Positions 28,723 to 37,462 of a DNA stretch of 64,000 bases are shown here, piece by piece. The stretch is from Candidatus Collierbacteria bacterium RIFOXYD2_FULL_45_13. Lineage in GTDB: Bacteria > Patescibacteriota > Microgenomatia > UBA1400 > MFAQ01. The stretch covers positions 159,557 through 223,556 of the forward strand of contig MFAS01000001.1 in the NCBI GenBank assembly GCA_001774685.1, in the 5' to 3' direction. Positions within the stretch are counted from its first letter, which is position 1; each line of letters opens with the position of its first letter. The position numbers and the translations under genes were made by a program. The notes under the pieces are model-generated. The model worked only from the letters and a program-made list of their open reading frames with translations, did not search any database and was not told where the DNA came from.

Positions 28723-29831
28723 TTCTGCGTCCTCACCGGCATCACCACCTGAATCCAGCCATCATCATCTTCTCGCTTAAAGACACTTGGCTTCAACTCT
28801 CCTTCAGTCTCCCATACCACCCTTTCACTATTATTCACTCCAAGGTAGTCTAGTAAATATCTGGCATTGAAAGCCACTGTCAGCCCGTCTCCTTCAACTT
28901 CCGTTTCGATCTCTGTTGAATTACTTCCAAGTTGGCTACTTTCAGCTTTTACGATTAGCTTTTCTCCTTCAATTGCCATCTTCACAATGTTGGCATTGTC
29001 CCTGGCAAACAAATTGGCTCTTTTGACGGCCTCTAATAGCTCTTCTCTGTTAAAGATGGCTTTTGTTGAATAGGTGTTCGGCATTATCTGTTGGTAGGGT
29101 GGAAACTCCCCTGCAATCAGTCGAGATGAGACTTCCATGTCGGCGATAGAAAATATTACCTGTTGATTATCTTTATCAAACTCAATTCCAAAAGAATCTT
29201 CTCCTGTTTCGGCCAACACTTTAGATACTTCCTGAAGAGACCTTGCCGGAAGAATAAACTTTGTGTTTTTCTCAACACTGGTTTTTACCACGTTAAGTTT
29301 GTCGACACATAGTCTATATCCATCCGTAGCCGCCAATACTGTTCTGTTTTCTTCCAAGCTCCAGAGAACTCCTGTCAACACCGGCCTAGTATCGTCCTTA
29401 GCCGCCGAAATACATACCCTATCCATCTTTTGCCGAAACTCACCACTCTTCAAAGTAATTTGAGTTTTCTTTGCTCTAGGAATGCTTGGAAAATCTTCCA
29501 CTCCTTGGCCTACCACCTCAGCATTAATTCCTTTCGCCAAGACTTTCAAAGAATTCTTTTCTGCCGAAAGAGTCACATTTCCTGCTGGCAGACTGGCAAC
29601 TAGTTCTCCAAAAAGTTTTGCGGGCACTACCATTTCACCTTCTTCGTCAATCTTGGCCGGTAACTTCACCCAAAAACTCACTTCCAAATCCGTTGACACC
29701 AAATTCACTTCATCCTTTGTTATTTTCAAAAGTACTCCCGAAAGAATTGGAAGCTGAGGTCTTACACCAATACCTCTATTTACAATTCCCAGATATTTCT
29801 TTAAATCCGTTGACTGTACAGTTATCTTCAT
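28719..29831 (-). CDS. dnaN: DNA polymerase III beta subunit (sliding clamp)
   Basis: MKITVQSTDLKKYLGIVNRGIGVRPQLPILSGVLLKI... is the typical DnaN N-terminus. Three-domain length of 370 aa. A TATACT hexamer lies 8 nt upstream of the ATG. Confidence 0.9.
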   Translation of the reverse strand: MKITVQSTDLKKYLGIVNRGIGVRPQLPILSGVLLKITKDEVNLVSTDLEVSFWVKLPAKIDEEGEMVVPAKLFGELVASLPAGNVTLSAEKNSLKVLAKGINAEVVGQGVEDFPSIPRAKKTQITLKSGEFRQKMDRVCISAAKDDTRPVLTGVLWSLEENRTVLAATDGYRLCVDKLNVVKTSVEKNTKFILPARSLQEVSKVLAETGEDSFGIEFDKDNQQVIFSIADMEVSSRLIAGEFPPYQQIMPNTYSTKAIFNREELLEAVKRANLFARDNANIVKMAIEGEKLIVKAESSQLGSNSTEIETEVEGDGLTVAFNARYLLDYLGVNNSERVVWETEGELKPSVFKREDDDGWIQVVMPVRTQN

Positions 29832-30217
29832 TTGTTTCTAGTATACATAATCTTCATGGCCATTCCGACCGAATGTTTTATGACATTGTAATCTGTTTAA
29901 GTTATTTGTTATTTCTTTACTGTTATATTGTTTTATTTAAATAAAAACAGTAGTGAATAGTAGTAGAAGTGGTGGACAAGTGGACAATAGCTTTACCACT
30001 TGCCTACTTTCTCTGTTGTTAATCTTTTATCGACTCTTACATCCACCCTTTCTATTCAAAAGTCAACAAATCCCTTCTTGACCGATTGCTATCAACTCTC
30101 TTTCTGTGTGGATTCTTTTCTGAATAACTTGATTGCTTATCCACCCATTTCTAAACAATCTAATACTTCTTCACAGTTGTTGAAGATATCCACAGAGCGT
30201 GGATAAGATGTGGATAG
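29832..30217. other. oriC: putative chromosomal replication origin (oriC) between dnaA and dnaN
   Basis: Cluster of DnaA-box-like 9-mers:
- TGTGGACAA x2 (complement of TTGTCCACA) at about 29967..29985.
- GATATCCACA at 30186.
- GTGGATAAG and TGTGGATAG at 30199..30218.
An AT-rich stretch at about 29880..29950 is a candidate DNA unwinding element. Confidence 0.6.
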
Positions 30218-31597
30218 TTAAGTGTATAACGCTTGCTTCAAAGCCATCACCTTTCGCCGTATATCCATGTTTTTTTCAATTTCCAGTTCCATTTTATCGC
30301 ATGCATGCATGACAGTGGTGTGATCTCGACCTCCCATTAGTTCTGCCACCTCCGTTAAGTTTAGTTTTAATGTTTCTCTCAGAATGTACATCGCGATATG
30401 TCTCGCCACTACCAAGTCAGCCTTCCGGCTTTCTCCTAAAAGATCTTTGTTTCTAAAATCAAAATACTTAGCCACAGTCGAAATTACCTTGATCGGTCGC
30501 ACCTTAATATCTTTCACTGTATTGGCCGGGAGTCCCATCGTCTGCTGAACCATCTCTCTCGTCAAGACTCCTCCGTCAATACTGGCTCCTGTTGCCAGTC
30601 TGACAAAGGTACCCTCAAGCTCGCGGGCGTTCGTTGGGAAACTATTAGCAATCAGTTCAAAGGCACTATCCTCAACCTCAGCTTTAATATCCAGCGCCCG
30701 CTGGCGCAATATCGCCACTCTCATTTCATAATCCGGTAATCCAATGTCCACCATCATTCCTCCAAGGAACCTGCTTCGCAGTCTATCCTCCAAACCGACA
30801 ATCTCCTGAGGCTTCCGGTCACTTGTCATGATGATCTGTGCTTGTTTATTTGTCAGCTCGTTAAAAGTATGGAAAAACTCTTCTTGAGTTGAATCCTTTC
30901 CACCAAAGAATTGGACATCGTCTACTAGTAGCGCTCCCACTTGCCGGTATTTCTTTTTAAAGGCATCCGTCATTTTTGATTTGAAAGAACCAACCAGGTC
31001 GTTAGTAAATTGCTCACTGGTCACACAGACTACTTTACCAACTCCTTTTCTGACTAGTTCGTGCCCTACAGCATGCATCAAATGTGTCTTCCCTACTCCG
31101 ACCCCTCCATAGATAAATAGTGGATTGTGTCTGGTGCCCGGGTAATCTACCACTGCTTTGGCCGCCGCAAAAGCTAAGCGGTTCGAACTCCCCACCATAT
31201 ATGATTCAAAGACGTAACGCGGGTTTAGATTAGTTCCTGTTTGTCTATTCTCTTCCGGCGGAGTAAAAAGTCCAATATTTGTCTCCCTAATCTCAGAGTC
31301 TTTAAGCTCTTTCTTACTGGCCTCAACTTCTCTTGTTGCCTCTACCACAACCAAGGCCATATCACATTTCTTGCCGGTGATCTTCTCCGCTGCCTGTTTG
31401 ATAATGCTGTAATACTTGGTTTCAATGGTGTGGCTTAAGAACATCGAAGAGGCCGCCAGTTCTAAAAGAAGTCTTTGTTCGTCAATTGGTGTCACCGATC
31501 TGAGAAAACAAGGCTTGATAAAGCCCGCAAAACTGGCGGGAGACATGGAAACACCTAACTCGCCGCAAATGCTATGCCACAACTTCTCACTGTCCAT
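30218..31597 (-). CDS. dnaA: chromosomal replication initiator DnaA
   Basis: Walker A FIYGGVGVGKTHLMHAVG. Box VII/DNA-binding domain region ARHIAMYILRETLKLNLTEVAELMGGRDHTTVMHACDKM. Likely start MDSEKLWHSICGEL at 31597. The longest ORF extends to 31672. Confidence 0.9.
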   Translation of the reverse strand: MDSEKLWHSICGELGVSMSPASFAGFIKPCFLRSVTPIDEQRLLLELAASSMFLSHTIETKYYSIIKQAAEKITGKKCDMALVVVEATREVEASKKELKDSEIRETNIGLFTPPEENRQTGTNLNPRYVFESYMVGSSNRLAFAAAKAVVDYPGTRHNPLFIYGGVGVGKTHLMHAVGHELVRKGVGKVVCVTSEQFTNDLVGSFKSKMTDAFKKKYRQVGALLVDDVQFFGGKDSTQEEFFHTFNELTNKQAQIIMTSDRKPQEIVGLEDRLRSRFLGGMMVDIGLPDYEMRVAILRQRALDIKAEVEDSAFELIANSFPTNARELEGTFVRLATGASIDGGVLTREMVQQTMGLPANTVKDIKVRPIKVISTVAKYFDFRNKDLLGESRKADLVVARHIAMYILRETLKLNLTEVAELMGGRDHTTVMHACDKMELEIEKNMDIRRKVMALKQALYT

Positions 31598-31721
31598 ACG
31601 CCCATTCTCACTACTTATCCACATTTTTACAACCCCCAATTTACCCAAAAAGAATAATACTATCCACATCACCTCCTTTGAGGGTATAATGTCCTGTTCC
31701 CATCAATGTTAAAATAATCAT

Positions 31722-31859
31722 ATGCCCAAAAGAGTCTACCAACCCAAAAAAGTCAAACGTATTAGAAAACACGGTTTTCGTATTAAGATGGCCAGTGCCT
31801 CAGGTCGTAATGTCATCAAACGCCGACGTGCTAAGGGTCGAACCAAGTTAGCGCTCTAA
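31722..31859 (+). CDS. rpmH: 50S ribosomal protein L34
   Basis: Translation is [45 protein letters not shown]. It is below the 60-aa ORF-track cutoff. Confidence 0.85.
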   Translation: MPKRVYQPKKVKRIRKHGFRIKMASASGRNVIKRRRAKGRTKLAL

Positions 31860-31860
31860 C

Positions 31861-32250
31861 ATGCCACTTCCGGCCATAAACCGGCTTCCCTTACGCAAAG
31901 AAAGAGATCGTCTCACCCGTGAAGGAAAATCTTTCCACACCCGCCACTTCACCCTCGTCACCGCCCCTATCCCCGTCATCCCGATCTCTTCGTCATTGCG
32001 AGGAGGCAAAGCCGACGTGGCAATCTCACTCCATCAAGTTCCCCGCTTCTCCATCCTGCTCTCCAAAAAAACCGCCCGTCTCGCCGTCGACCGCAATCAA
32101 ATCAAGCGTGTCACCTCTGCTCTCCTGGCCGAACTCCACTCCCAATTCCCTTCAGCCGACTACCTGGTCATCCCCAAACGTTCCGTCCTCAACACCCCTC
32201 ACTCAGATCTTCTCTCCGACCTCTCCTCCCTCCTCCCCAAGCTCAAATAG
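31861..32250 (+). CDS. rnpA: RNase P protein component, with an in-frame 22-aa insertion derived from a dispersed repeat
   Basis: Position immediately after rpmH. ...FTLVTAPIP[VIPISSSLRGGKADVAISLHQV]PRFSILLSKKTARLAVDRNQIKR carries the RnpA signature KKxxxAVxRNxxKR. The bracketed segment is encoded by repeat copy 31991..32033. Confidence 0.7.
   Translation: MPLPAINRLPLRKERDRLTREGKSFHTRHFTLVTAPIPVIPISSSLRGGKADVAISLHQVPRFSILLSKKTARLAVDRNQIKRVTSALLAELHSQFPSADYLVIPKRSVLNTPHSDLLSDLSSLLPKLK
31991..32033. repeat. structured dispersed repeat, copy 2 (inside rnpA coding sequence, in frame)
   Basis: cgtcattgcgag-gaggcaaagccgac-gtggcaatctcactcca. Both flanks are nearly identical to copy 1 at 578..623. 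Confidence 0.5.
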
Positions 32251-32368
32251 TTACATCCTCCGACCTCTCCCTGACATCCCATAACTATCTTTTTGCCCGA
32301 TTTGAAGGTACAATCCCCTCTTAGAACGCATCCGCACTCTAAAAAGGAGAATTTACCCATGTCATGGA

Positions 32369-32776
32369 TTGACGACGCCAAAAAACAAGCCGAGCTCAAG
32401 CACATTCAGGAAAGTTATTCCCGAAGATATTGAAGCCATCGAAAAAGTATTAGAAAAATCAAAGGATGAAGGAATAATAATAGTTTCCGTCAAAATGGGA
32501 CGAAGTGGAGATGGTAGTCTTCGAGAAGTTGGAAATTTTGAGCAACTGAGGCATCGTGGTACAAGTATGGGTAGTGATATGGGCGAATCTGACTACGATT
32601 ACACTAGTTGCTTAGTCATTCAATGGAATTTGAGATTTAGAAATGAGAACGGATCTTTCTGCGAGAAGGAATTAAATTTGGGTATAAATTGTGAAGATAA
32701 CACTTTTGTACCAACAATGACCGCAAAAGAATTTGAGGAAGAAATACGGAAATGGCTTGTCAGCATATTTTATTAA
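32369..32776 (+). CDS. hypothetical protein (135 aa, TTG start); possible frameshifted gene
   Basis: An SD (aaggag) plus ATG at 32359 opens a 24-codon frame (MSWIDDAKKQAELKHIQESYSRRY*). The long ORF is in another frame. No domain recognised. Confidence 0.3.
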   Translation: MTTPKNKPSSSTFRKVIPEDIEAIEKVLEKSKDEGIIIVSVKMGRSGDGSLREVGNFEQLRHRGTSMGSDMGESDYDYTSCLVIQWNLRFRNENGSFCEKELNLGINCEDNTFVPTMTAKEFEEEIRKWLVSIFY

Positions 32777-32826
32777 CAACAAAACTACCAACAGGGTTCA
32801 CCACCTTGTTTTTTTATTGTCAAGAA

Positions 32827-32886
32827 CCCGTCATTTCGACCGAAGTGGAGAAATCTCAAAGTATTCGCATCAAAATGGAGTGAGAT
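32827..32886. repeat. degenerate copy or copies of the structured repeat, partly inverted
   Basis: cccgtcatttcgaccgaagtggagaaatctca ... tggagtgagatc. The last part is the reverse complement of the ATCTCACTCCA arm. Confidence 0.35.
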
Positions 32887-33000
32887 CTTCCCCTACGGGG
32901 ATCAACGAGACTCACTAAACTCGAGATGACAAATAAATAATACTTAACTCCAATAATGCTAATTATTGACTTCGGGTATCTTATGGCATAAATTAAATAT

Positions 33001-33837
33001 ATGCCCAAAAAAGTAATTGATCCTACCAAGATCGCTATTTTTCAGAAGAAAGAAATCCGCAAAACCATTTACAAAAACGAATGGTGGTTTGTGATTACTG
33101 ATATTGTAGTGGCCTTAACCGATTCCGTTCAACCTGTCGGATATATAAAAGATATGCGACGCAGAGATGAACAACTCTCCAAAGGGTGGGGGCAGATCGC
33201 CACCCCCCTTTCAATCGCAACCAGTGGAGGTAATCAAAAGATAAATTGTGCCAATACAGAAGGCATCTTCCGAATCATCCAATCGATCCCCTCTCCCAAA
33301 GCCGAACCATTCAAGCGTTGGCTGGCCAAAGTCGGCTACGAAAGAATCCAAGAAATAGAAGATCCGGAACTCGCCCAAAAAAGAGCCAGAGCCATTTACA
33401 AAGCCAAAGGCTACCCCGATAGTTGGATAGAAAAACGCATAAGGTCAATCGCTATTCGTGAAGATCTCACCGAACAATGGGAAATTCACGGAGTCAATCT
33501 CCAAAAGGAATATGCCATTCTTACGGCCGAAATCTCCCAAGCCGCTTTTGGAGTCACTCCCTCACAACACAAACAGATAAAGGGATTGGAAAGACAAAAT
33601 CTCCGGGATCACATGTCCGACCTGGAACTACTCTTCTCCATGCTAGGGGAAGCTTCCACTACCGCCATTACCAAGACCGAACACCCCAAAGGTTTCACCG
33701 AAAACAAAAAGGTCTCTCGTCGAGGTGGAAAGATCGCCGGAGATGCTCGGGTAAACCTGGAAAAAGAAATCGGCCAGAGTGTTGTCACACCCAAAAACTT
33801 CCTCCCCAATCAAAATGACAAAAAGAAACTAAAATAA
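33001..33837 (+). CDS. Bro-N domain protein (phage antirepressor-like, KilA-C-type C-terminus)
   Basis: EIRKTIYKNEWWFVITDIVVALTDSVQPVGYIKDM...GNQKINCANTEGIFRIIQSIPSPKAEPFKRWLAKVG is the Bro-N signature. The gene is inserted between rnpA and yidD. Confidence 0.7.
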   Translation: MPKKVIDPTKIAIFQKKEIRKTIYKNEWWFVITDIVVALTDSVQPVGYIKDMRRRDEQLSKGWGQIATPLSIATSGGNQKINCANTEGIFRIIQSIPSPKAEPFKRWLAKVGYERIQEIEDPELAQKRARAIYKAKGYPDSWIEKRIRSIAIREDLTEQWEIHGVNLQKEYAILTAEISQAAFGVTPSQHKQIKGLERQNLRDHMSDLELLFSMLGEASTTAITKTEHPKGFTENKKVSRRGGKIAGDARVNLEKEIGQSVVTPKNFLPNQNDKKKLK

Positions 33838-33840
33838 TCA

Positions 33841-33880
33841 GTCATTCCCGACCTGAGTGGGCCTCTGCTACCCGAAGAGG
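33841..33880. repeat. weak, degenerate copy of the structured repeat
   Basis: gtcattcccgacctgagtgggcctctgctacccgaagagg shares GTCATT and taccc-gaa with copy 1. Confidence 0.25.
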
Positions 33881-33906
33881 TAACTCTATACAAATTACTC
33901 CAAAAA

Positions 33907-33925
33907 TTTGATTTTTTGAGTTCTT
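33907..33925. repeat. TTTGATTTTTTGAGTTCTT repeat, intergenic copy
   Basis: Same TTGAGTTYT / TTTTTGA family as 10831..10861. Confidence 0.4.
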
Positions 33926-33970
33926 CCGCAACACAAATGTAAAATATACAATGTAAAATCTAAAATATTT

Positions 33971-34222
33971 ATGATTTCTTTTTACCAAAAATATATCTCT
34001 CCCTATTACCACACACTAGGCCACGCTCTATTTGGCAATTCCTTTGCCTGTCGCTTCTCCCCTACCTGCTCCGAGTATGCCAAAGAATCCTACCGCCTTC
34101 ATGGTATCATTATCGGGACAAAACTCAGTCTCGGCCGTTTTCTCCGTTGTCAACCCTTTAGTAAAGGAGGAATCGACCCCGTCCCACCCCGCCAAGCGGC
34201 AGGGCCTGCTAAAATCAAATAA
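33971..34222 (+). CDS. yidD: membrane protein insertion efficiency factor YidD
   Basis: ISPYYHTLGHALFGNSFACRFSPTCSEYAKESYRLHG is the YidD signature. Confidence 0.8.
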   Translation: MISFYQKYISPYYHTLGHALFGNSFACRFSPTCSEYAKESYRLHGIIIGTKLSLGRFLRCQPFSKGGIDPVPPRQAAGPAKIK

Positions 34223-34224
34223 CT

Positions 34225-34962
34225 ATGCTCGCACCAATTAACTACGTCCTCTATCAAATCCTAGTCTTCTTTTATAGTCTTTTTGGTGGCAATCTCGGTT
34301 TGCCTATTATCGCCATCACCCTTATCACCAAATTCCTATTAATCCCCTTCGTTCTTCCTTCGATGAAGTCTGCGAAAAAAATGCAGGAACTCAAGCCGGC
34401 TTTGGATAGACTCAAAGAAAAGCACAAGGACAAAAAAAAACTCCAAGTGGCTCAAATGGCACTCTACAAAGAGCAAGGTATCAACCCTGCCGCCGGCTGT
34501 CTACCTCAGATAGTTCAAATTATCATTCTTATTTCCCTCTACCAGGTCTTCATGGAGTTCATCAAACAGCCTTCCATCGGAGGTCTTCTCGTAAATCCTC
34601 ACTTCCTTTATCTGGATCTTACCAAGCCGGACCACACTTATATCATGCCTGTGCTGGCCGGAGTCACTCAATTCATCTTTTCGCTTATGATGCAGTCCGG
34701 CGTCGAGTCCCATATTCAAAACCCCAAACAGAAAGAAGAAAAGAAAAAAGAAGAGAACAGTTTGGAAATGGCCACCAGTATGCAGCAACAGATGCTCTAC
34801 ATGATGCCCGTTATGACCGTTATCATCTCCCTGAACTTCCAGTCTGGGCTTATCCTCTACTGGGTCGTCTCCACCATTTTCTCGATTGTTCAGCAATACT
34901 ACTTCTCCGGCTTGGGAGGTGTAAAACCCTTCCTTCTTAAATTAAGGATTATCAAACAGTAA
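34225..34962 (+). CDS. yidC: membrane protein insertase YidC (short form)
   Basis: PIIAITLITKFLLIPFVLPSMKSAKKMQELKPALDRLKEKHKDKKKLQVAQMALYKEQGINPAAGCLPQIVQI is the YidC/Oxa1 core. Position after yidD. Confidence 0.8.
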   Translation: MLAPINYVLYQILVFFYSLFGGNLGLPIIAITLITKFLLIPFVLPSMKSAKKMQELKPALDRLKEKHKDKKKLQVAQMALYKEQGINPAAGCLPQIVQIIILISLYQVFMEFIKQPSIGGLLVNPHFLYLDLTKPDHTYIMPVLAGVTQFIFSLMMQSGVESHIQNPKQKEEKKKEENSLEMATSMQQQMLYMMPVMTVIISLNFQSGLILYWVVSTIFSIVQQYYFSGLGGVKPFLLKLRIIKQ

Positions 34963-34966
34963 TAAC

Positions 34967-35428
34967 ATGGACCAATCAAAGGTTACCGAAATACTTTCCA
35001 ACGTTTTAACTCAGCTGGAGCTTAACGAGGATCAAATCAAAATAGAAGTTGTCGACGAGGACAATATCAATATTCTCCTGACCCCTTCTACAGACGCCGC
35101 CGGTATCTTTGTCGGACATCATGGTGAGGGCCTGGCTTCTCTCCGCATGATTTTCTCTCTTATGATCTACCAACGCTTCAGTGTCTGGCCCAAACTTCAC
35201 ATCAACGTCAACGACTACCAGGAGCGTCGGGAAGATTCGCTCAAAGAACTCGCTCAAGACGCTGCGGATAGAGCCGTCTCTCTCCAAAAGGAAATAATCC
35301 TTCCCAACCTCAGCTCTTTCGAGCGACGCATTATCCACCTGTTTCTTGAAGAGTACAAGGGAGTCCGCACCGAGTCCCGTGGTGAAGCCCCCTACCGCCA
35401 AATGGTCATCATCCCCACCGCCGAGTAA
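34967..35428 (+). CDS. jag: Jag/KhpB (EloR) RNA-binding protein with KH and R3H domains
   Basis: R3H motif LSSFERRIIHLFLEEYKGVRTESRGEAPYRQMVI. Conserved yidC-jag order. Confidence 0.75.
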   Translation: MDQSKVTEILSNVLTQLELNEDQIKIEVVDEDNINILLTPSTDAAGIFVGHHGEGLASLRMIFSLMIYQRFSVWPKLHINVNDYQERREDSLKELAQDAADRAVSLQKEIILPNLSSFERRIIHLFLEEYKGVRTESRGEAPYRQMVIIPTAE

Positions 35429-35647
35429 ATATTCCTAAAATCGCGTTTTAGCATAGGTAATTCACCGCAGACCATGTGCCTTCAGGAAATTATCCGGAGT
35501 CGCAAAAGCGTGGTATTTTTCTGTTAAGAAAAATTTTTGAGACGAGGCTAAAACAACCGCGAATCGCCGGAATGAGCGGATTGTGGTTTCCACGAAGGGA
35601 TATGGTCGAGAGGTGAGGCAGTTCCTGACTAGGGTACAATCTGAGTA

Positions 35648-36787
35648 GTGTTTTCTACCATCTTTCTCCAACTAATTGTCTTCTTCCTTCCCACCCAACT
35701 TGGTCTTCATTTTTGGCCTGAGTTCTCCCGCGCAGCTGGAATCAAAGTCGACTATCTCTCCCCCACACTTTATCTAGTCGACCTACTACTCATTTTCTAT
35801 ATTTCTCTATCGTTCTCCTCAATCATAAAATGGATTCGGCACCATCTTTCTCCAGTTCTTATCTTCTTAGTCTTTGTTTTCGTTAACACTTTCTTTAGTA
35901 TCTCGCCTCTAAACGCTTTGTTTTGGTGGGCTCATTTAATCCTCTACACCGTCTTTTTTCTAGTCCTTCGTCTGAGAAAGGTTCGTTGGACAGATATCAA
36001 AACTCCCCTGCTCGCCTCTACACTTCTGATAATTTTTTTGGAAGTCATCCAGCTTGTAAACCAGTCCTCTGTTGGCGGACTCTTCTATTGGCTCGGAGAA
36101 CGAGCGTTTAGTACCTCCACTCCTGGGCTCGCACGAATTTCCTTCTTTGGCCACGATTTTGTTCGTGCTCCTTCAACTTTTTCCCACCCAAACTCTCTGG
36201 CTGGATACTTAATGGTTGTCTATTATTTGTTTCATGTATACAGATCCTCACTTTGGCAAAGGCTCGTGATCTTTCTCGGCCTTCTTCTGACTTTTTCAAA
36301 AGCAGCCCTATTAGCATTCCTTCTTGTTATTTCTCTTCATGCAAACCCCGTCTTTTTGATTTGGTTCTTTACTATATTCTCTTTCCTACAACCTTTTGTT
36401 TCCGCAATACCCACTTCTATTCAATTCATTTCGGATCGTGTGTTTCTCCTAACGCCAACAAAAGACATTATTCTGGAATCCTCTCTTATGGGAGTCGGTC
36501 TTGGAGGCTTCATTCCGTCTCTCGCTCTCCATCTCCCGGGATCTCATCTTTTGTCGGAAAAACTCCAACCCGTCCACAACCTTCCCCTACTCCTCCTGTC
36601 GGAAATTGGTCTGATCGGTCTCGGAATCATAATCCTTCTTATTCGGAACAAATATAAGAAAAACCACTATAAAAAGATTCTCGCCTTACTGGCTATTGTC
36701 ATAATCACCGGAGCCTTTGATCATTATTGGTGGACCTTGCCACAAAACAAGCTAATACTTCTTCTCGCAGGCGCCGTTTTGTTGTAG
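35648..36787 (+). CDS. O-antigen ligase/polymerase-family (Wzy_C) polytopic membrane protein
   Basis: More than 10 TM helices. PVHNLPLLLLSEIGLIGLGIIILL resembles the Wzy_C/WaaL motif HN.yL..l.E.G.iG. Confidence 0.6.
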   Translation: MFSTIFLQLIVFFLPTQLGLHFWPEFSRAAGIKVDYLSPTLYLVDLLLIFYISLSFSSIIKWIRHHLSPVLIFLVFVFVNTFFSISPLNALFWWAHLILYTVFFLVLRLRKVRWTDIKTPLLASTLLIIFLEVIQLVNQSSVGGLFYWLGERAFSTSTPGLARISFFGHDFVRAPSTFSHPNSLAGYLMVVYYLFHVYRSSLWQRLVIFLGLLLTFSKAALLAFLLVISLHANPVFLIWFFTIFSFLQPFVSAIPTSIQFISDRVFLLTPTKDIILESSLMGVGLGGFIPSLALHLPGSHLLSEKLQPVHNLPLLLLSEIGLIGLGIIILLIRNKYKKNHYKKILALLAIVIITGAFDHYWWTLPQNKLILLLAGAVLL

Positions 36788-36790
36788 ACT

Positions 36791-37228
36791 ATGGCTATGT
36801 CAAAAACGCTCGACTTTCTGGAAATCAACACCGACGGCGGATCCCGGGGAAACCCCGGACCGGCGGCTATTGGCGTCGTGGCAAAGAGTCAAGGACTGGT
36901 AATTTTCACTCTTTCTGAAAAAATAGGCGAAAACACCAATAACGTTGCCGAATACACCGCAGTTCTCCGTGCCTTGGAAAAAATAGAAGAGGATAAAATT
37001 TTTACGGAAAAAATTCGTTTCGTTCTGGACTCAGAATTAATTGTCAAACAAATCACCGGTCTCTACAAAGTCAAGCAACCACACCTCCAAGTATTACGCA
37101 AACAGATTATTGACTTGATCAAAAAGCTGAGAGACACAGGACAAATAAAATTGATGTCTTTTGTAAATGTCTTAAGGGATAGAAACAAGGAAGCTGACAG
37201 ACTTGTAAACGAAGCACTCGATAGTTAG
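36791..37228 (+). CDS. rnhA: ribonuclease HI
   Basis: INTDGGSRGNPGPAAIGVV ... NNVAEYTAVLRALE ... LDSELIVKQITG are RNase H1 catalytic motifs. Confidence 0.8.
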   Translation: MAMSKTLDFLEINTDGGSRGNPGPAAIGVVAKSQGLVIFTLSEKIGENTNNVAEYTAVLRALEKIEEDKIFTEKIRFVLDSELIVKQITGLYKVKQPHLQVLRKQIIDLIKKLRDTGQIKLMSFVNVLRDRNKEADRLVNEALDS

Positions 37229-37462
37229 ACTCTCAACTTTCACAAAGAAAAAATTCAGCAGAATGAGGATTCCTTGGCTATGCATAGTATGTGGACAAGT
37301 CTAATTGATCCTGTGCCCAGATTTTCACATGTAGAAAGTAAGTACAAGAAAAGGAAACACCAGGCAGAAGAGATGCAAAAAAACGAGGCTAGAAAAAAAG
37401 CAAAATAAGTAAGAACGAAAAAAAGTAAAAGTATAAAACAGGAAATCATCTATACTTAATTC

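Noticed and set aside
31991-33888. Interpretation of the structured repeats around the inserted ORFs as integron attC sites (gene cassettes)
   Set aside because: The repeats lack the R''/R' core (RYYYAAC ... GTTRRRY) and the typical 60-140 nt imperfect palindrome. No intI-like integrase or attI is present in the window.
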